A stretch of 7,950 bases of DNA from a virus (Duplodnaviria > Heunggongvirae > Uroviricota > Caudoviricetes), in the IMG/VR virus record IMGVR_UViG_3300029508_000049, positions 1 through 7,950 of that record. The stretch is one strand, 5' to 3'. Under the pieces are notes generated by a model. It did not search any database. It had not been told where the DNA came from and worked only from the letters and a program-made list of their open reading frames with translations. Shown here piece by piece: positions 1 through 4,650 of the stretch. Numbering within the stretch: the first letter of the stretch is position 1; the number at the start of each line of letters is the position of its first letter. The position numbers were made by a program, and so were the translations under genes.

Positions 1-155
1 ATCCAGCGATATTCTGCCTGGGTGTGTTCACGCGCAATGAAGAACGTACAACCGGCTATCGCCCCGTAAGCCCAGTTCCCGGTAAAAAGACCAATCAGTA
101 GCTGCGCAGCCACAGCACAAAGCGCATGAAGGAAAGGTGTTATATCCATTTTCAT
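1..155 (-). CDS. Partial ORF (first 51 codons only) for a small hydrophobic, probably membrane, protein; continues beyond the window start
   Basis: Hand translation of the minus strand from ATG 155-153 (alternative ATG 149-147 with better spacing to a TAGGA motif): MKMDITPFLHALCAVAAQLLIGLFTGNWAYGAIAGCTFFIAREHTQAEYRW.. with no stop before the window edge. Missing from the ORF track, presumably on length. Hydrophobic stretch consistent with a transmembrane helix. Identity not recognised. Confidence 0.35.
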   Translation of the reverse strand, partial: MKMDITPFLHALCAVAAQLLIGLFTGNWAYGAIAGCTFFIAREHTQAEYRW

Positions 156-161
156 CCTACC

Positions 162-185
162 CAATAAAACGGGGCGCTCGGCCCC
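162..185 (-). terminator. Rho-independent terminator after the tail fibre operon
   Basis: Minus-strand RNA: GGGGC-CGAGC-GCCCC hairpin (171-185) followed by GUUUUAUUG (162-170), beginning 7 nt after the orf346 stop. The plus strand also has an A/T-rich tail (ttaatattattt), so it could act bidirectionally. Confidence 0.55.
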
Positions 186-191
186 TTAATA

Positions 192-1232
192 TTATTTAGA
201 CGCAAGCGCCGCCTCAATTACAGATAATCTTTGTCTTAATTCTGCGTTTTCTTCTTCCAGTGCTGTTATTCTGTCGTCTGACTCTCTGGCTACCTGAACA
301 AGCAAGCCAGTAACACCAGAATAATCTACTGTGTAATAACGTTCACCTTCTTCACCTTCCGATCCGCTCGCACCGTCCTGATATTTCATTGCGGAACCTA
401 CAACTTCTGGGATTGCTTCCAGAGCTTCCTGTGCAATGACACCAGCATAGGGCATACCGTTTTCTTTAAGCGTGTATGTATAGCCGTTCATTTTACGGAT
501 GCGGTCGGTTGCATTATCGATCACCTGAATGTTGTCTTTCAGATCCCGGTCGGAATGCTGGTTAAATGCGGTGGCATGACATGCACCATTAACGCTTAAC
601 ATATAGGTGTTATCGGTATTTTTCTGCGCATAGAACATATAAGCGCCACCATCAACACCGACTTCATAAACAACAGGACGGCTGGAATTTCCCCATAATA
701 ACGTCGACACACCAGAATACGCCGTACCTTGCGTGTTTAGTGTCATGGTCGACCCGTGATTAGCATATTTGATCTGCAATGAGTCTGTATTATCAAACTT
801 AATAAGCGCGTTACTTCCCCGCACACCATACGACATGAGACAGTTCCCCATCTTAAGGTAACCATCACTGCCTGGAAAAATTAAAGTTCCTCCGTAAAGA
901 TCACTAAAGTCCCAAAAGATACCTTTTGTCCCGTTATGTGTGACGATCCTCGTCATTGTATCTTTAGTACCATCAATATTTTTTCTGGTATATATGTCAC
1001 TATAAGCGTTTTCCGTTTCACCAGTCTTATTTGACAAATGCAGCTTACCGCTGAATATAGTTCCAGTTGTTGGCAATGTTTTTTGATCATAGATTACATT
1101 GCAATAACCATTCCATGTTGTTTTATTGTCTACATAAGATTTTGTTGCGTAGCTTCCTTGATCGTTTTTTAATTTGCTAACGTCGGATTTTAGCGTTTTG
1201 ATGTCATCAGGAATTACTGTCGATGTAGCCAT
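192..1232 (-). CDS. Second tail fibre / fibre-tip protein with C-terminal intramolecular chaperone auto-processing domain (peptidase S74-like)
   Basis: 346-aa ORF, ATG 1232-1230, stop TAA 194-192. N-terminal part has a tail-fibre-type motif (SYATKSYVDNK) and is Gly/Thr/Asn/Tyr-rich as in beta-rich fibre tips. C-terminal about 120 aa (from ..NQHSDRDLKDNIQVIDNATDRIRKMNGYTYTLKENG..GVIAQEALEAIPEVV..YTVDYSGVTGLLVQVARESDDRITALEEENAELRQRL) shows the hallmark Ser...Lys dyad spacing (S227, K232) and GxIAQE / VDY motifs of endosialidase/T5 pb1-type intramolecular chaperone domains. Confidence 0.85.
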   Translation of the reverse strand: MATSTVIPDDIKTLKSDVSKLKNDQGSYATKSYVDNKTTWNGYCNVIYDQKTLPTTGTIFSGKLHLSNKTGETENAYSDIYTRKNIDGTKDTMTRIVTHNGTKGIFWDFSDLYGGTLIFPGSDGYLKMGNCLMSYGVRGSNALIKFDNTDSLQIKYANHGSTMTLNTQGTAYSGVSTLLWGNSSRPVVYEVGVDGGAYMFYAQKNTDNTYMLSVNGACHATAFNQHSDRDLKDNIQVIDNATDRIRKMNGYTYTLKENGMPYAGVIAQEALEAIPEVVGSAMKYQDGASGSEGEEGERYYTVDYSGVTGLLVQVARESDDRITALEEENAELRQRLSVIEAALASK

Positions 1233-1241
1233 TTTTCTTCC
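1233..1241 (-). promoter_or_regulatory. Shine-Dalgarno region for the 346-aa fibre gene
   Basis: Minus-strand sequence TGA-GGAAGAAAA-ATG: a GAGGAAG purine-rich motif overlaps the stop of the acidic ORF, 7 nt upstream of the ATG at 1232. Implies tight operon organisation fibre > orf93 > orf346. Confidence 0.5.
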
Positions 1242-1523
1242 TCACATCCAGCCACGAAGTTGATGCTCAACAGCAACCACGTATTCATCGAATAATGACG
1301 ATATTTGCGAATCATTAATGATGCGCACGTTTACAAAATATCCGTCTTCCTTAACACATACCGGTTCGCCATCTTCAGTCAGTTCTCCGGTTTCTTTGTA
1401 CACGTTACCTATCACGTCGATAAGAATATCATCCTGCATCGACTCATCATCATAATAGCCAATACTCTCCATAAAGGCCGAAAAGTCGGCCCTGTCTTCA
1501 AATTTGAGTGTTAAATCTTTCAT
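1242..1523 (-). CDS. Hypothetical small, highly acidic protein (93 aa), translationally coupled to the tail fibre gene; function unknown
   Basis: ATG at 1523-1521 overlaps the fibre stop in a TAATG arrangement; stop TGA at 1244-1242. By my count 22 D/E against 7 K/R in 93 residues. No family recognised by eye. GC about 40%, matching the flanking low-GC module. Confidence 0.55.
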   Translation of the reverse strand: MKDLTLKFEDRADFSAFMESIGYYDDESMQDDILIDVIGNVYKETGELTEDGEPVCVKEDGYFVNVRIINDSQISSLFDEYVVAVEHQLRGWM

Positions 1524-3895
1524 TAGATTGACTCCCCCACCTGAGCATCAGTCAATGCCTTGTGCCATATTCTGAAATTCCTGACATGACCAAATAAATG
1601 ACGTAACCCGGCTGTAGTCTGGCCTCCAATACGGATAATTGCGGTGTTCTGAATACAGGACCATGTGGTTTTTGTTTCGCTGGATATATGCCCGTTACTT
1701 ACTGAGCACGTAGACTGCTCTGACTTTACACGCATCCCCATAACCATTTTTTCAAGCGATGCGTTTTCGTTTACCCGTCTGTTAGCTCCTCCAATATCGC
1801 AATAAGGAAATCCGTCGTAATCTGTTGAACGACCGAAGCCAAGAATAATAGCCGCTCCGGTTTGATGACCGCCGGTATCAAAAACACGTGGCGCTGCATT
1901 TGGCGTTTTATACCAGTTCTTATGTACCTCACAAAGAACCGTAAAAGGAAGATTATAAAGATTATTCTTAATTGGAACTGTAACTATATCGCTTGCGCGG
2001 GTCGCCGCCGTCGCTCCTGATATAATAAAAGATGATACACAAGGCCCATCTTCTACTTGTGGGGTGGCCAGATAAATATAGTCACCAGATACGGTTGCCC
2101 CGCTCTGCTTAGGAGAATACTGTATCTGAGAGCCTATTTTTAACTCCCCATCAATTGCCTGAATTGTTGCCTCTGCAAAAATCCATCCGGTAGCTTCGTC
2201 CTTTCTGACTCTCGCTGTAATCCTTGAGGCAGCACCGCCTGTCATATTAATTTCAAGCGCTTGTGTATCAATATACGCATCACCAAGAAAAGTTGTTGCG
2301 CTACCGTCATATTTATCAAACCGGATACGCAACCTTACCTGCAGTTCTGTTTTAAAACGACATGAGGTTGTCACGTGTTTATTATCGCCTGAGACATCAA
2401 CTGACTTTGTTGCAGCAATTGATGCCATATTAATGGCTGAGGTTTGCCCAATCAGAGAATCGTTGCAGACAAACTTTCCATAGGTAAAACCAAAATTATC
2501 CGTCCCTGTTTCGGGCACATCCATATTTGACGATCGCCCCCAACTGGCAGGGCTTTCCGAATTGAGCATGTAGTTTGTTCTTTGCCCCTCAATAAGCAGG
2601 CCATCACGTTCAAATCGTGGCTCGTCAATGGCAGCCTCTGTCAGCACACCAGATTTGTTAATATAGGTTGCTTTCGATGCACGTTTAAACTTAACAATCT
2701 TGTCGCCAGGCATCGTTATTTCATCGTCACCAATAACAATTTTTTTATATGATGGCGAAAAGCCCGTAATCATATCCAGCGAATCGTTAAATGGTATCCA
2801 CACATCAGGCAGCGGCTGTAAGACATATTTATACGGCTCCGCAGCCTGGCTTGCGTACTCTCTGGCTGCATCTTCGCTTGCTTTAGCTGCCGTCTGGCTT
2901 GCTGCCGATGCTTTCGCTGAGTTCGCAGCCGCTGTTTCGCTCACCTTTGCGTTGGTTTCACTGGTTTTTGCTGCTTTTTGACTGTTAGCTGATGCAGTGG
3001 CAGAAGCAGCCGCCGCGCTTGCAGAACTGGCTGCGGCACTCTCGCTTTGGGCCGCTGCATCCTGACTGCTTTTCGCCGCAGTTTCACTGGCTTTGGCATT
3101 CGTTTCGCTGGTCTTCGCTGCCGTCTGGCTGGACTTTGCGTTAGTTTCACTCGTCTTCGCAGCTTTCTGGCTGTTAGCCGCAGCAGTTGCTGATCCAGCT
3201 GCTGAAGTCGCAGAACCGGCTGCCGCGCTCTCGCTTTGGGCTGCTGCAACCTGGCTGTTTTTTGCCGCAGTTTCACTGGCTTTGGCATTCGTTTCGCTGG
3301 TCTTCGCTGCCGTCTGGCTGGACTTTGCGTTGGTTTCGCTCGTCTTTGCGGCTGTCTCGCTGTTTTTCGCGTTGGTTTCTGATTTTTTGGCTGCTGTCGC
3401 GGAGTTTGCCGATGCAGTCTTTGAGGTCGCTGCCGCCTGTGCACTATTAGCTGCATTCGTTTCTGAGGTTTTCGCCGCGTTCTTTGATGATGCCGCTGCA
3501 GTTTCGGATTTCTTTGCCGCCGCTGCGCTCTGAGAGGCGGCTTCGGCGTTGCGTGCCACTTCTTCCACCATTGCCTCAAAACGACGCAATGCCTCCGGCA
3601 TGACATCATCTTCCGTCATGGCACCGAGAAAATCATTCAGCGTACCTGGTCTGGAACCTTCATAGACGGTAATGGTCCCGGCATGTGAAGGCGGAAAACC
3701 TTCAACCAGCAGGGTGACGCTGTACTGGCCATACTCAACATCCATGCTGTAACGCCCGGCTTCATCAGGATTTTCAGAGGCCAGCGTGTTCACCACCACA
3801 GTGGTACTGTTACGTTTTGCTTTCAGCTGGATTGTGCAGTTCTGTACCGGTTTTCCTGTGCCGTCTTTCAGTACACCAGAAATCTTTACTGTCAT
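1523..3895 (-). CDS. stf: Side tail fibre protein (lambda Stf-like N-terminal anchor, repetitive Ala-rich shaft, divergent low-GC distal domain with a possible LamG/ConA-like C-terminus)
   Basis: The ORF track opens at a GTG (3901) giving MNMTVK..; I place the start at the in-frame ATG 3895-3893 (MTVKISGVLKDGTGKPVQNCTIQLKAKRNSTTVVVNTLASENPDEAGRYSMDVEYGQYSV..), which matches the lambda Stf N-terminus (MAVKISGVLKDG..) as I recall it. Stop TAA at 1525-1523. The middle is low-complexity A/S/T/K/E-rich with tandem repeats. The C-terminus ..LFGHVRNFRIWHKALTDAQVGESI resembles the terminal motif of LamG-like jelly-roll domains. Confidence 0.88.
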   Translation of the reverse strand: MTVKISGVLKDGTGKPVQNCTIQLKAKRNSTTVVVNTLASENPDEAGRYSMDVEYGQYSVTLLVEGFPPSHAGTITVYEGSRPGTLNDFLGAMTEDDVMPEALRRFEAMVEEVARNAEAASQSAAAAKKSETAAASSKNAAKTSETNAANSAQAAATSKTASANSATAAKKSETNAKNSETAAKTSETNAKSSQTAAKTSETNAKASETAAKNSQVAAAQSESAAAGSATSAAGSATAAANSQKAAKTSETNAKSSQTAAKTSETNAKASETAAKSSQDAAAQSESAAASSASAAAASATASANSQKAAKTSETNAKVSETAAANSAKASAASQTAAKASEDAAREYASQAAEPYKYVLQPLPDVWIPFNDSLDMITGFSPSYKKIVIGDDEITMPGDKIVKFKRASKATYINKSGVLTEAAIDEPRFERDGLLIEGQRTNYMLNSESPASWGRSSNMDVPETGTDNFGFTYGKFVCNDSLIGQTSAINMASIAATKSVDVSGDNKHVTTSCRFKTELQVRLRIRFDKYDGSATTFLGDAYIDTQALEINMTGGAASRITARVRKDEATGWIFAEATIQAIDGELKIGSQIQYSPKQSGATVSGDYIYLATPQVEDGPCVSSFIISGATAATRASDIVTVPIKNNLYNLPFTVLCEVHKNWYKTPNAAPRVFDTGGHQTGAAIILGFGRSTDYDGFPYCDIGGANRRVNENASLEKMVMGMRVKSEQSTCSVSNGHISSETKTTWSCIQNTAIIRIGGQTTAGLRHLFGHVRNFRIWHKALTDAQVGESI
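2882..3394. repeat. In-frame tandem repeat, 189-bp period (63 aa), about 2 full copies plus degenerate flanking partial copies, inside the tail fibre shaft
   Basis: DNA block gtttcactggctttggcattcgtttcgctggtcttcgctgccgtctggctggactttgcgtt occurs at 3081 and again at 3270 (offset 189). Protein copies: KTSETNAKSSQTAAKTSETNAKASETAAKNSQVAAAQSESAAAGSATSAAGSATAAANSQKAA and KTSETNAKSSQTAAKTSETNAKASETAAKSSQDAAAQSESAAASSASAAAASATASANSQKAA, with a shorter SETNAK/SETAAK sub-periodicity. Confidence 0.75.
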
Positions 3896-3906
3896 ATTCA
3901 CCCCAC

Positions 3907-3933
3907 AAAAAAGCCCGCCTGAACCGGCGGGCT
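3907..3933 (-). terminator. Rho-independent terminator downstream of lom, immediately upstream of the tail fibre gene
   Basis: Minus-strand RNA: GCCCGCC-GGUUCA-GGCGGGC (perfect 7-bp GC-rich stem, 3913-3919 paired with 3926-3932) followed by UUUUUU (complement of the A6 run at 3907-3912). Starts 27 nt after the lom stop and ends about 12 nt before the fibre ATG. Confidence 0.65.
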
Positions 3934-3959
3934 GTCATAACACTGTCTTACCTGGCTAA

Positions 3960-4583
3960 TCAGAACTTATAACCGACACCCACGATGAAACCGTCAGTGC
4001 GCCAGTCGCCACTGCCGGAACCTTCATAAGCAAGGTCAATAACCACCGTCTCTACGGGACTGAACTGAATCCCGGCATTCCAGGCCGGCGACAGATGACG
4101 CGCAGTATGGCCATCACTGGCGGTGGTGGTCTCCTTCACATACCCCGGTTTCACTTCATCATGCCGGTAATCCTGAACACTGTCAGACCAGCGGGTGTAC
4201 GCCATCCCGGCCATGCCATAGAGACTGACCCGCTCACTGAGCTGCCAGACAGGGCCGGCCATCAGACTGACATAACGACCGCGCAGACTTTCATGATGGA
4301 AGGTATTTTCACCCGTCTTCATCGTGTCACTTTTCTTCACCGATGCATAACTCAGCGCGACAATGCCGCCCAGGTGATCCGTGAACTCATAACGGTATTT
4401 CACGTTAATCCCTTTTAAATCACCTGCACGCGCACCGGTACCGGACAATGCCGGTACGCCGCCCGGGTGAACCTGAGCATATCCCACGGAAAATGCACCG
4501 TGTCCGCTTTCAGCCTGTGCAGGAAGGGAAATGCCTGTCAGCAGTGCGGTCCAGAATAAAATGGCTCCGTATAAATGTCGCAT
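3960..4583 (-). CDS. lom: Lom/Ail-family outer-membrane beta-barrel protein (lysogenic-conversion 'moron')
   Basis: 207-aa ORF, ATG at 4583-4581 preceded by GAGAGG about 7 nt upstream. N-terminal signal peptide MRHLYGAILFWTALLTGISLPAQA followed by AESGHG. Strong similarity to lambda Lom as I recall it (GINVKYRYE, HESLRGRYVS, AYEGSGSGDWRTDGFIVGVGYKF), and a C-terminal aromatic residue (..YKF) typical of outer-membrane barrels. Confidence 0.93.
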   Translation of the reverse strand: MRHLYGAILFWTALLTGISLPAQAESGHGAFSVGYAQVHPGGVPALSGTGARAGDLKGINVKYRYEFTDHLGGIVALSYASVKKSDTMKTGENTFHHESLRGRYVSLMAGPVWQLSERVSLYGMAGMAYTRWSDSVQDYRHDEVKPGYVKETTTASDGHTARHLSPAWNAGIQFSPVETVVIDLAYEGSGSGDWRTDGFIVGVGYKF

Positions 4584-4607
4584 GATGACCTCTCGTTTTC
4601 AGTCAAT

Positions 4608-4631
4608 AAAAAAGGCACCTCCTGAGGTGCC
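4608..4631 (-). terminator. Intrinsic-terminator-like hairpin plus U-tract between J and lom (minus-strand sense)
   Basis: Read on the minus strand: GGCACC(UC)-loop-(GA)GGUGCC stem (4614-4631) followed directly by UUUUUUAUU (complement of the A-run at 4608-4613). Lies in the 67-nt J-lom spacer, ending about 25 nt before the lom start codon. Confidence 0.5.
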
Positions 4632-4650
4632 CGTCCGGGTTAATAAACCG

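Noticed and set aside
1305-1514. 69-aa plus-strand ORF
   Set aside because: Antisense within the acidic orf93. The minus-strand frame is favoured by translational coupling to the fibre gene and a downstream RBS arrangement.
2740-2746. A7/T7 homopolymer tract inside the fibre CDS as a slipped-strand phase-variation switch
   Set aside because: Seven residues is short for efficient slippage and the tract encodes ordinary Lys-Lys-Ile codons. No other evidence supports phase variation.
2882-3394. Possible CRISPR array (regularly spaced repeats)
   Set aside because: The repeat unit is 189 bp with no short direct-repeat and unique-spacer alternation, and it sits in frame within a coding sequence. 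It is a protein-coding tandem repeat.
2700-3533. Plus-strand ORFs 2700..2981, 3093..3533 and 3187..3450 with Ala/Leu/Phe-rich, hydrophobic-looking translations
   Set aside because: They are antisense to the fibre shaft repeat. Reverse-complementing Ala/Ser/Lys-codon repeats gives stop-free frames with a biased composition; there are no independent start or RBS signals.
2941-3609. 222-aa minus-strand ORF encoding an extremely Arg/Gln/Pro/Lys-rich protein
   Set aside because: It lies entirely inside the tail fibre CDS in a different frame. The basic low-complexity translation is what the GC-rich Ala-codon repeats produce when read out of frame, so it is a repeat-driven artefact.
192-3895. Invertible tail-fibre segment (Gin/Cin/Pin-type host-range switch)
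   Set aside because: That architecture needs alternative fibre C-terminal ORFs in opposite orientation and an adjacent invertase. All ORFs here share one orientation and no recombinase is in the window. Flanking inverted repeats could not be searched exhaustively by eye.
4095-4418. 107-aa plus-strand ORF
   Set aside because: Antisense within lom; lom has a clear signal peptide and family identity, this ORF has neither.
4584-4606. TTGACT hexamer (minus strand, 4601-4606) as a -35 element for a lom promoter
   Set aside because: The matching -10 position would overlap the lom start codon, leaving no leader or RBS, and no TATAAT-like hexamer sits at the right spacing.
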